In this document: piece by piece, positions 1-8,460 of the stretch
Position numbering within the stretch: the first letter of the stretch is position 1
Layout of the letters: each line of letters starts with the position of its first letter
Source: Okeania sp.
GTDB lineage: Bacteria; Cyanobacteriota; Cyanobacteriia; Cyanobacteriales; Microcoleaceae
DNA: 32,000 nucleotides
Reading direction: 5' to 3'
NCBI RefSeq assembly: GCF_035285525.1
Contig: NZ_JAYKGW010000117.1
Span: forward strand, 1 to 32,000
Notes under the pieces: model-generated
Told to the model about the DNA's origin: nothing
The model's database searches: none
What the model saw: only the letters and a program-made list of their open reading frames with translations
Translations under genes and position numbers: made by a program

Positions 1-640
1 CGACTCCGGTAGCAGTTACCAAACCTTCATCACTAATTTCTAATAGACTTTCATCCGCAATAGTATAACTAATATCTCCAATATCAGTTGTTAACTCTGG
101 AGAGTCTACCAATCCATCCACTGTCACCGATAACTGTCGCGAAGCAGCAGTCGGAAGTGTAATGGCATCAGGATAAGTATCCAATCCATAAATTCCTGCT
201 AAGGATAATATTTCTGGTCCTGGCAAATCTATTTCGGAAAAAGTAAATTCCAACTCAATAATATCTGAAGCAAAATTATGTTCGTCTGTTGCTTGGAGAT
301 ACAAAGTATAAGTTCCATCTACAAATACATCCCCTAAAATATTTTCTAATAATTCCGGAGTTAATTCTAAAGTTCCATCTATTTCTAATTCAGCCATTAA
401 ATCAATAAATTATTCAGGGGAATTATTGTTTAAATTTCCAGTCAAACTAACAATTTTACTAGGGTCTGAAACTGTACCAATAATTGTCGTATCGGAAGTA
501 ATTTTATCGTCTAGAGAATCTCCTGTATCGTTAGCTAATTCGATAAATATTTCTGGAGCAATGGTATCTAAAGTAAATTCTATTTCCACAATATCAGAAG
601 TAAAACCGTTTTTTTGTGAAAATTTGCCAATTTTTTGTCT
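1..640 (-). pseudogene. Remnant of a large Ig-like (Big-type) repeat surface protein. One minus-strand frame is interrupted by an in-frame TAA at 410-412. It has no start codon at its 5' side (~640) and runs off the left edge of the window.
   Basis: My translation of the minus strand reads ...FSQKNGFTSDIVEIEFTLDTIAPEIFIELANDTGDSLDDKITSDTTIIGTVSDPSKIVSLTGNLNNNSPE-stop-FIDLMAELEIDGTLELTPELLENILGDVFVDGTYTLYLQATDEHNFASDIIELEFTFSEIDLPGPE...YTIADESLLEISDEGLVTATGV. The module N-x-F-x-SDI-x-E-x-EFT recurs. The DTIAPE and ITSDTT motifs and the Big_2-like tail are typical of bacterial Ig-repeat adhesins. Both pieces are in the same frame. Confidence 0.55.
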
Positions 641-728
641 ATAAAATCACTGATATTCATTGCTATACAATAATTATAAAGATTTAAAAAAAGTTTTTGT
701 GCATAGATAGTTTTTGACGCTAAAATCC

Positions 729-844
729 GAAAAAGTTCCATAGTTTTTGGTGCTAAAACACTATTAATATTAATCAGCTTTTTTCTGAAAAAGTTCCATA
801 GTTTTTGGTGCTAAAACACTATTAATATTAATTAGCTTTTTTCG
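729..844. repeat. Tandem direct repeat, 2 x 58 bp
   Basis: Unit gaaaaagttccatagtttttggtgctaaaacactattaatattaatcagcttttttct at 729-786 repeats at 787-844 with 2 mismatches. A partial related piece (agtttttgacgctaaaatcc) lies just upstream at about 709-728. Confidence 0.9.
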
Positions 845-1112
845 TCACCCCATCACCACTAAAATTTCCCAAACTTACCCATACAGAATTACACGAGTTT
901 TGGAGCTAGCTTCCTGTTTTGCTGACGCAATGCTGCGCAAACACAGAAAACCACTTACCGCAACCACAGGCTGAAAATCGGAAACTTCTACATTTCCTGG
1001 TTTGAACAACAAGACCGCGAGAATAAACCGGGTTTATTGGTTGGTTTGCATAAGTCCTATAAATTAAGATAAAATTATCTAGTCATAATCAAACCAAAAA
1101 AATTAACTCCCG

Positions 1113-1703
1113 ATGACAAATAACCAACAAACAGAATCTTGGGTCGATCTTAGAAAATACAACCAATCTTGGTATGACCGTGGTAAACCAGGTTTGTTTG
1201 TACTACTGTGGTGGTTGGTGCAAGCAATCACTTTTCCCTTAACTCCTCAACCTTTATATAGTGTGAGACGACTAATATTAAATCTCTTTGGTGCTAAAAT
1301 TGGTCAAGGAGTTTTAATTCGCCCCACTGCCAGATTTACCTATCCTTGGAAAATAGCGATCGGCGATTATAGTTGGATTGGAGACGATGTAGTTTTATAC
1401 AGTCTCGATCGCATCGAAATAGGTAAACATTGCGTTGTCTCTCAAAAAAGTTACCTTTGTACTGGTAGTCACAATATAGGAGACCCGACATTTGGTTTAC
1501 AAACAGCAGGTATTACTATTGGTGATGGTGCTTGGGTGGCAGCAGATTGTTTTGTCGCTCCTGGTGTTAATATTGGTGCTAATGCAGTTATTGGTGCTAG
1601 GAGTAGTGTATTTAAAGATATGCCACCAGGTCAAGTTTGTTTAGGATCGCCCTGTAAACCTCTTTATCCAAGGAAAATTAAGGATATAGGGAGTAGGGAG
1701 TAG
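1113..1703 (+). CDS. Hexapeptide-repeat (LbH) acetyltransferase, WcaF-like (colanic acid / exopolysaccharide O-acetyltransferase family)
   Basis: ATG-started 196-aa ORF. The N-terminal hydrophobic segment and the pattern IGDYSWIGDDVVLYS...IGKHCVVSQKSYLCTGSH...ITIGDGAWVAADCFVAPGVNIGANAVIGARSSV match the WcaF-type left-handed beta-helix transferase. Confidence 0.85.
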   Translation: MTNNQQTESWVDLRKYNQSWYDRGKPGLFVLLWWLVQAITFPLTPQPLYSVRRLILNLFGAKIGQGVLIRPTARFTYPWKIAIGDYSWIGDDVVLYSLDRIEIGKHCVVSQKSYLCTGSHNIGDPTFGLQTAGITIGDGAWVAADCFVAPGVNIGANAVIGARSSVFKDMPPGQVCLGSPCKPLYPRKIKDIGSRE

Positions 1704-1870
1704 TTAGTAGCTAGGAAAAATAGGAATTACACAGGAGGTGGTTAAAAAAAACAGTAAGAGTGATTTTGCTGCCTCATGTTATCCCAAAATGTTTACTTTT
1801 TGAACCGGAGTTGCCTAAAAACTTGCACTTTTTCAGCCAACCCTAATTAATTATTAATTATCCATTATTA

Positions 1871-2322
1871 ATTAGGGCTTGCGTATGGAAATCTGAAAAG
1901 ATTAATCTATAAAGGTTTCAGTCTTTTTATGTCTAAAAAAAGTAGCTGTTTTTCATCTTTATCATAGTCAAAAAGTTCGTATTTTGGGCGATATCAGCAA
2001 AGAAAATCAAGGCAAAATTCTATAGGACTACCTCCTCTACAATACCAATTCCCATGCATTATTGCTATACTTGAGGAATACTTCAGTCATCAAATAATTA
2101 GCACAAACCAAATCATTTTTTGCGAATTTCAGCTAAGTTAATGTTAATTTTTCTGATGTTTACTTCACCCCGACTACCCTGCTCAATCAAATGTACAAAA
2201 GTTTTTGAGAAATGGTATAATTCCTATTCCCATACGAGTTCTAGCTTCTAGATTCTGGATTCTAGCTTCTGGATTCTAGCTTTTTCCCTTGAATAAAAGA
2301 CTTTTTCAGCAAACCCTAATTA
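1871..2322. mobile_element. MITE-like element, family C (terminal inverted repeats ATTAGGGYTTGC ... GCAARCCCTAAT)
   Basis: Left end is attagggcttgcg at 1871. Right end is ctttttcagcaaaccctaat at 2301-2320, the exact reverse complement of the left end of the copy at 5889. There is no ORF inside. A solo end (cagccaaccctaatta) lies at 1834-1849. The element stops 3 nt from the pxcA stop codon. Confidence 0.75.
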
Positions 2323-2324
2323 TC

Positions 2325-3731
2325 TTACTCATTCATATTTTTATAAGTTGCTACTGCAGATGGTGAACTGCGGTTTAAGTAACGAAATATCCAATACTTA
2401 AAAACAGCATCTAAAATTACCGGGAAAGTTGCAATGAATAAGAAGTTAAAATCTCTACTTTCTGGTAATCCAAAATGTCTAGTAATATTCTCCAAAATTA
2501 CTTCCCAACCGTGAGGAGAGTGGAATCCCACAAACATATCTGTTAACAAAATAATGATAAATGCTTTCGCACTATCACTCAGACCATATATAATATCATC
2601 CATAAAAGATTTTAAAATTTCAAGGTCTCTTTTATTAGTAGAAAGAATTACAAAAAAAGTAGCCAGATATATTAGGTCACAAAAAATATTTTTAATAGCA
2701 TTATTACCTCTAATTTCTGATTCCCAAGCTATTTGTCTAGCTTTTTCTTCTACCTTATGTGCAATTAATTCTTCTCTTTCTAACTCAGGTATTTCCGCAA
2801 TTTCTTTTCCAGATTTAGATAATTCTGGAAATAATTCTGGAGCTTTTCCTAAATAGACTTGGAAATGAAGTTTTTCCTCATAGTGATGCAATTCCATCAA
2901 AGCTTCCTCTTCCATATTAGGATTAAGAAAAACGTCTTCTTGTTTATGAGGTAATGGAATTAAATGATCGACTAAGTAACCCACAAAAGTTATTTTTGAT
3001 AACTGGTGCATCAGTAAAGGAACTAATATCAATATCAATAAAAATCTAATCGCAGTAATAGTCTTTGTTTTTGATTTTCTGAACTTTTTAATTACTTCTT
3101 CTTCTGCTTCCGGGTCTAACTCATTTTGAATTTTTTTAACAGTATTTAAGAGTGATCGCGGTAAAAAACTTACTTCCGGATTATCTTTTTTGAGTTCTTC
3201 TGAATTATTTTGATTTTGACGATGATTATTGATATTTTGTTGATTAGATAAAATTGCTACAGAGGATGAAGTAGCCGGAATTTCAACAACAGTATTTAAT
3301 TTTTGAATTTGAGGTTTTGAAGATTGACGATAGGGAGTAATTACTTTATCAATAAACTCTAATTTTTCCAAAACAAGTGATGGTTTATCCAGAAACTCTG
3401 ACTGATAATCTTGATTAGAATTATTCTTTGACTCAACATCTTTTTGGTCAAGAATACCTACCACAGAAATACTTGTATTAAATTCAGCTAATCTAGTCTG
3501 AATAATGGTTAAATATCGCTTCAGTTGCGAATTCAAATAACATTCAACACTACTACTATAATTAATTGATTTAAGAGCAATTTTTTGGCCTGCAAAATGT
3601 TTCTCTTCAATAGCCTTTATTTTGAGAGCTGCATTATAAGCTATATCTAAAGATCTTTGAGGAGTTTCTCGGAACCACTGGTTAGCATTGAGTACAGATA
3701 GTTTAAATTGCTTCCAGGGATGAGTAGCCAT
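2325..3731 (-). CDS. pxcA: Proton extrusion protein PxcA (CemA family)
   Basis: 468-aa ORF with an ATG start. The C-terminal membrane domain ...FHSPHGWEVILENITRHFGLPESRDFNFLFIATFPVILDAVFKYWIFRYLNRSSPSAVATYKNMNE is the CemA/PxcA signature. The long N-terminal extension is typical of the cyanobacterial form. Confidence 0.9.
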   Translation of the reverse strand: MATHPWKQFKLSVLNANQWFRETPQRSLDIAYNAALKIKAIEEKHFAGQKIALKSINYSSSVECYLNSQLKRYLTIIQTRLAEFNTSISVVGILDQKDVESKNNSNQDYQSEFLDKPSLVLEKLEFIDKVITPYRQSSKPQIQKLNTVVEIPATSSSVAILSNQQNINNHRQNQNNSEELKKDNPEVSFLPRSLLNTVKKIQNELDPEAEEEVIKKFRKSKTKTITAIRFLLILILVPLLMHQLSKITFVGYLVDHLIPLPHKQEDVFLNPNMEEEALMELHHYEEKLHFQVYLGKAPELFPELSKSGKEIAEIPELEREELIAHKVEEKARQIAWESEIRGNNAIKNIFCDLIYLATFFVILSTNKRDLEILKSFMDDIIYGLSDSAKAFIIILLTDMFVGFHSPHGWEVILENITRHFGLPESRDFNFLFIATFPVILDAVFKYWIFRYLNRSSPSAVATYKNMNE

Positions 3732-4230
3732 TTTTCTTATTGCTAAATAAATTAAATTAAATTGCCACGATTTATACTAATTCTCATTAGATTTGTTAAG
3801 GAAAATTGTAGGGGTTTAGTCTGCAAACCCCTACAGTCAAATATTACAAATGTATTGTGAGAATTTTTATACTTTTAGTTAAAAGAAATTTCTAATTAAA
3901 AATAATATTTTGTAAGCATTTCTTGCGGAATGCTGCGCCAACAAATATTAGCAGTCAGTTGATCTTGCGGAATACTGGGCAAACAACAATAATACTGAAT
4001 ATAGAACTAACTTTTAGACTTTATTTAGTAAGATTTATTCCGTCTTAATAATATTCCTTAAGGAAATAGTTTAAATAAAGCTTTTATTGCACATCAAAAA
4101 TAATAACTGATTGCTAATGGCTGACTGCTGAATGCTTACAATATTTTTATACTTTGATTAACTTAGCTAAATCCTGAGCAGATTTTTTATTCTCAGTGCT
4201 TATCCAGAAACCCAGTTTCTTTGGAGAAGT

Positions 4231-4277
4231 AGGGGAGTAGGGGAGTGGGGGAGTGGGGGAGTGGGGGAGTGAGGGAG
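4231..4277. repeat. Short tandem repeat (octamer RGGGGAGT, about 6 copies), STRR-like
   Basis: The sequence reads aggggagt aggggagt gggggagt gggggagt gggggagt gagggag. A second tract, tccttgtct x3, lies at 4401-4427. Similar tracts occur at 2245-2280, 6459-6475, 12001-12020, 15740-15770 and 21328-21355. Confidence 0.9.
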
Positions 4278-4323
4278 AAAGATTCTTGTTGGGTTTCGCA
4301 CTTCCTCAACTCAACCTACATCT

Positions 4324-4500
4324 ATTGCACCATTTAAGGTGTGTCAGTCTACTACTGGGCCGTTTTAACTAAAATAGTGTATTAGATTTTCTCTCTGGCC
4401 TCCTTGTCTTCCTTGTCTTCCTTGTCTAGACAGAGCCAAAAAGTAATGCACCATTTAAGATGAAACAATCCATTACTGGGCCGTTTCACCTAAAATAGTG
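4324..4500. repeat. Two 56-nt direct repeat copies (4324-4379 and 4445-4500)
   Basis: attgcaccatttaaggtgtgtcagtctactactgggccgttttaactaaaatagtg versus aatgcaccatttaagatgaaacaatccattactgggccgtttcacctaaaatagtg. Related fragments lie at about 17081-17135, and gtcagtcc(a/g)cta motifs at about 7880 and 19363. Confidence 0.8.
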
Positions 4501-4538
4501 CAGAGCGCTTTTTTCGTCACTCCATAAAATTTAATTAA

Positions 4539-4856
4539 CTAAACTAAACTGCCCAAGCGTTGCATTAACTGTGGTGGTTGCATTAACCCTTCTATCCTAT
4601 CTACTGGCTGACCATTTTTAAACAAGACTAAAGTTGGCAAAGCTTCAATATGATACTGGGAAGCTAACTGAGGATATTTATCTGTATCAATTTTAACTAT
4701 TCGCATTTTATCTTTCATTTCTTGATTCACCTGTTCCAAAATAGGGGCCATCATTTGACAAGGGCCACACCAAGTAGCATAAAAATCGACTAAAACAGGT
4801 ACGTCTGAACCAGCGAGTAGTTCATCAAAACTATTGAATTTCTTCTTAATTGCCAT
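4539..4856 (-). CDS. trxA: Thioredoxin
   Basis: 105-aa ORF with an ATG start. It carries the WCGPC active site in the canonical context VLVDFYATWCGPCQMMAPILE. Confidence 0.9.
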   Translation of the reverse strand: MAIKKKFNSFDELLAGSDVPVLVDFYATWCGPCQMMAPILEQVNQEMKDKMRIVKIDTDKYPQLASQYHIEALPTLVLFKNGQPVDRIEGLMQPPQLMQRLGSLV

Positions 4857-5092
4857 AAAAATTTATCTAAATTTATAAGTCTTATTGCAGTTGCCATTAC
4901 TGTCACGAATATCCTCAAATTATATAAGCACTACACAAATATGGGGCGGAAATTTATAAATGCTTAAACTCTAAACTTAGTCAGAAATTACTTTTGAATT
5001 TTGAATGCATGAATTTTGAATTATTAGCTTAACTTAAGAAACCATAATCCCCTAAGATAAATTAGTTTAATTTAACAAAAAAGGATTTGATT

Positions 5093-5860
5093 ATGGAAGT
5101 ATTACCAGAAACACTACAACGTTTGAAAGGCCAAGTAGCAATAATTACAGGTTCATCCAGAGGAATTGGCCGAGCCACAGCTTTAGCATTGGCAATGGAA
5201 GGAGCAAGTGTAGTTGTTAACTATGCTAGATCGAGTGATGCTGCTGAGGAAGTAGTTTCCGAAATAGTTGCTGCGGGTGGCAGTGGGATAGCGCTACAAG
5301 CAGATGTTTCTCAAGCTGAGGAAGTAGATAATCTTATTAAGAAAGTAATGGAAAAGTGGAGTCGCATTGATATTTTAGTTAATAATGCTGGTATTACCCG
5401 CGATACATTATTGCTGCGAATGAAACCGGAAGACTGGCAATCAGTAATAGACTTAAATTTGACTGGGGTGTTCTTTTGCACCCGTGCGGTGAGTAAAATT
5501 ATGCTCAAACAGAAAAGTGGGCGTATTATTAATGTGGCTTCGGTAGCTGGACAAATGGGTAATCCTGGTCAAGCTAATTATAGTGCAGCAAAAGCAGGGG
5601 TAATTGGATTTACGAAAACTGTAGCGAAAGAGTTGGCTAATCGCGCCATTACAGCAAATGTGGTTGCTCCTGGATTTATCGCGACTGATATGACGAAAGA
5701 GTTAAAAAATTCTGAGGAAATTATTAAGTTTATTCCTTTGGGTCGTTATGGTAAACCAGAAGAGGTCGCAGGTATGATCAAGTTTTTAGCTGCTGATGCT
5801 GCGGCAAATTATATTACGGGTCAGGTGTTTAATGTGGATGGCGGAATGGTGATGGCTTAA
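5093..5860 (+). CDS. fabG: 3-oxoacyl-[acyl-carrier-protein] reductase (SDR family)
   Basis: Motifs TGSSRGIGRA, NNAG and YSAAK, with the FabG-like end GQVFNVDGGMVMA. The track start at 5087 is TTG. I chose the ATG at 5093, 8 nt after AAGGA. Confidence 0.9.
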   Translation: MEVLPETLQRLKGQVAIITGSSRGIGRATALALAMEGASVVVNYARSSDAAEEVVSEIVAAGGSGIALQADVSQAEEVDNLIKKVMEKWSRIDILVNNAGITRDTLLLRMKPEDWQSVIDLNLTGVFFCTRAVSKIMLKQKSGRIINVASVAGQMGNPGQANYSAAKAGVIGFTKTVAKELANRAITANVVAPGFIATDMTKELKNSEEIIKFIPLGRYGKPEEVAGMIKFLAADAAANYITGQVFNVDGGMVMA

Positions 5861-5891
5861 TTAATAATTAATAATTAATAATTAATAATTA
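5857..5891. repeat. Heptamer tandem repeat TTAATAA x4 directly after the fabG stop
   Basis: ttaa ttaataa ttaataa ttaataa ttaataa tta ggg. The same tract occurs at 11178-11208, and a degenerate one at about 1845-1880. It runs straight into the family C MITE end. Confidence 0.9.
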
Positions 5892-6140
5892 GGGTTTGCT
5901 GAAAAAGTCTTTTCGTAGAAAGGAGGAGCCAGAATCCAGCAATCCTGCAATCCAGGAGGAATGGAAACCAGAGAAGAAATAGCCAGAAGAATCTTCCCTT
6001 AATTTTTTACCCCTAGTTTTGGTCAAAATCGTAGATTTTTAAGCTGGAATCACCTAAAAGCTGGTAGTTTCTTAGTATCTATAAATACTGAAAGCAATGC
6101 CCATAAACACTTTGATAAATAATTCAGCAAGCCCTAATTA
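5889..6140. mobile_element. MITE-like element, family C
   Basis: Ends are attagggtttgctgaaaaag (5889) and ttcagcaagccctaatta (to 6140). Its interior is alignable in inverted orientation with the copy at 15554-15805 (shared accagcttttaggt, gattttg). A partial restart, gagttttgctgaaaaaac, follows at 6141. Confidence 0.75.
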
Positions 6141-6250
6141 GAGTTTTGCTGAAAAAACAGAGTGTAGGCAGTAATGATTTCCTCTGTATTTCCTAATATT
6201 CTGTCACCTATAGCAATCCTAAATAGGTTGTGACAAATCAAAAATTCCAG

Positions 6251-6457
6251 TAGGGTGCGTTACATTTCATTAACGCACCATCTGCAAATATAATATGGTT
6301 CAGTTAAAGGTTTTTTTTGCACTTCTGTGATTAGAAAAGCTATTCTAATTTCCATACTTGATGAGTTTTGGTCTTATCTAAATCGTATTAATATAAATGT
6401 TAATTTTTTGTGCGTTACGAGATAAGATTTTGATGTCGCGTAGGGAAACGCACCCTA
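6251..6457. mobile_element. MITE-like element, family F (TAGGGTGCGTT ... AACGCACCCTA)
   Basis: Terminal inverted repeats lie at 6251-6261 and 6447-6457. Related ends lie inside other elements at about 21095-21140, about 21208-21285 and about 23738-23850. Confidence 0.65.
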
Positions 6458-6488
6458 CTCCCTACTCCCTAACTAAACAAAAAAATTA

Positions 6489-7640
6489 ATGAAACCAAAG
6501 ATTTATTCTATACCTTTAAGACAACTTGCTTCTGGTGATTTTATGTCTTTACAAATTTATAAATTCACTGGAAATCAAACAGGAAAAAAAGCTTATATCC
6601 AGGCAAATTTACATGGAGCTGAAGTTAGTGGTAATGCTGTTATTCATCAGTTAATAGAATTTTTAATGACCTTGGATAATAGTCAATTAATAGGAGAAAT
6701 ACTGTTAGTACCTGTGTGTAATCCGGAAGCAGTTAATGCGCGATCGCATCAATTTTCATCAGGTAGATATAACAGTTACGATGGTAAAGATTGGAACCGG
6801 ATATTTTGGGATTATGAAAAGGAAAATGTAGATATCGAAGCTTTTGCTAAAAGTCAAATTGATTTAAGTGAAACAGAAATCAAAAATAACTATCGTCAGG
6901 AAATTTTACGCTGTTTTAATCAGCAATTAGAAACAATTAATTCTGGTCGTGGTACACCTTTTTATAAACAATATAGATATCAACTTCAATCATTATGTTT
7001 AGATGCAGACTATGTGATAGATTTACATAGTTCCACTAATCAAAGTTTAGATTATCTTTATTGCTTTCATGGTCGCCAAGAAAGTGCTAAATTCTTTCTT
7101 TTAGATTATGGAATGTTAATGAATGAGGGTGAATATGATGGATATAGTTTTGATGAGGCATTTTTCAAACCTTGGTTAGCTTTAGAAAGACATTTGCAAA
7201 AGTTAGGCAAACCAATTCAATTTGAGATAGAATCATGGACTTTAGAACTAGGTTCGGGAATGAATATGAATCCCGAATCAGTGGCAAAAGGTGTTCGGGG
7301 AGTGAAAAATTATTTGGCTAATAAAGGGATGTTAAAAATATCGGAATTTCCCTTGACTGAATTAGCAGATCATCAAATAATTTTTACTCCTAAAAAAGAG
7401 ATGAAAAGTTATTATGCTCCTGTAGGTGGCATGATTCAAAATCGACTCAAACCTGGTACAGTTGTTAAACAAAATCAGCGGATTTATCAAATATTGAATT
7501 TTAACAAAAATCAGGATTTACCAAAAGTTATAGATGTCTTTGCAGAAACAGATGGTTTAATTTTAGATAATTCCACAAACCATTCTGTTAATCAAGGAGA
7601 TTTTGTATTAGATATTATATGGGAAAAATCCTTTGATTGA
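6489..7640 (+). CDS. Succinylglutamate desuccinylase/aspartoacylase (AstE/AspA, M14-like) family zinc hydrolase
   Basis: 383-aa ORF with an ATG start. It has the HxxE zinc motif in ANLHGAEVSGN and a second His in YVIDLHSS, and the overall layout fits the AstE/AspA family. Confidence 0.75.
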   Translation: MKPKIYSIPLRQLASGDFMSLQIYKFTGNQTGKKAYIQANLHGAEVSGNAVIHQLIEFLMTLDNSQLIGEILLVPVCNPEAVNARSHQFSSGRYNSYDGKDWNRIFWDYEKENVDIEAFAKSQIDLSETEIKNNYRQEILRCFNQQLETINSGRGTPFYKQYRYQLQSLCLDADYVIDLHSSTNQSLDYLYCFHGRQESAKFFLLDYGMLMNEGEYDGYSFDEAFFKPWLALERHLQKLGKPIQFEIESWTLELGSGMNMNPESVAKGVRGVKNYLANKGMLKISEFPLTELADHQIIFTPKKEMKSYYAPVGGMIQNRLKPGTVVKQNQRIYQILNFNKNQDLPKVIDVFAETDGLILDNSTNHSVNQGDFVLDIIWEKSFD

Positions 7641-7784
7641 ACAATAACTATCTGTGTTAATCTCTAAGAGCGTGTCATCAATTAAATAAGTTGACAAAAA
7701 GGGTACTCTCTGTTATGTAAAAATAGCGATCGCGGTTGGGTATATTCAGATACAGAGAGTGCATACCTGAAATTGTGCGGTCGG

Positions 7785-7845
7785 TAGGGGCGGGTTTTTC
7801 AGTTAAATGAACGATTTTCACCCTTCTGTTGGATAAACCCGCCCC
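7785..7845. repeat. Hairpin repeat, family D (GGGGCGGGTTT ... AAACCCGCCCC)
   Basis: taggggcgggttt at 7785-7797 pairs with aaacccgcccc at 7835-7845. The same arms occur in the tandem array at 19167-19340. Confidence 0.8.
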
Positions 7846-7943
7846 CCCCAATGATGTAATGAACAGTTTTAGCTTTGTCAGTCCACTACTATTGTTTCCC
7901 CTGCAACCACCAAAAAGCTTGTACAAGCAATAACTGAAAAAAA

Positions 7944-8193
7944 TTAATTTTCCCATAATTTACTTAGTTCCTTAATTTTACTATTATGAACTATACCTCT
8001 GACATCCAAATAACTATCTTTTAAAGTTTCTACCTGACGGGGATTATAAGGGTTGAGAATTGTTAAAGACTTAATTTTGTTTTTCCCCTCATAAACAATG
8101 GCATTTAGAAAACTAATTAATATGTCTTGACTTTGGTCTGAACCAAATATTTTTTTTAAAAGCATAATCGGTTTTCGGACTAATAAATCTCAG
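7944..8193 (-). pseudogene. PD-(D/E)XK nuclease family (PDDEXK_2 / Rpn-like) gene remnant
   Basis: The minus strand reads (CTG)RFISPKTDYAFKK, then a frameshift in an A8 run (8150-8157), then IFGSDQSQDILISFLNAIVYEGKNKIKSLTILNPYNPRQVETLKDSYLDVRG. Homology then stops, and about 200 aa of the family are missing. The expected ATG position holds CTG (8191-8193). Confidence 0.6.
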
Positions 8194-8240
8194 AGTAATT
8201 TCATATTCTAATTAATGATTAATTTTGAAATTATAACAGT

Positions 8241-8268
8241 GTAGGGACGTTCCATGGAACATCCCTAC
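8241..8268. repeat. Palindromic hairpin (GTAGGGACGTTCC ATG GAACATCCCTAC family)
   Basis: Near-perfect 28-nt palindrome. Relatives lie at 3808-3834 (gtaggggttt...aaacccctac) and 19114-19141 (gtatggacgttg tat gcaacgtccatac). Confidence 0.8.
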
Positions 8269-8460
8269 AATAAAAAGAACTTTAAGCACTTATCTATTTG
8301 CTAACCAATTTGATAAATTGTCGAAATTAGTAAAATCAAAAATATCCTCTATAGGACTAAAGCCATGAGGTAAGAAAAACAGGGGTTTGAGATTGTTTCC
8401 CTGCGGTTGTATCAGAGGAAAATACGTTGCATTTCCGTAAGTCCTGTTCTAATCTCTACC

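Noticed and set aside
426-644. Track ORF 426..644 (+), 72 aa.
   Set aside because: It starts with TTG and lies antisense to the clearly protein-like Ig-repeat frame on the minus strand. It is a shadow ORF.
6215-6243. The 27-nt motif shared with 22829-22857 (and partly 11161-11176) as a transcription-factor site.
   Set aside because: The copies have different positions relative to genes, one upstream of a plus-strand gene and one between two minus-strand genes. At 6215 the motif is part of a local hairpin. It is more likely the end of yet another small repeat family.
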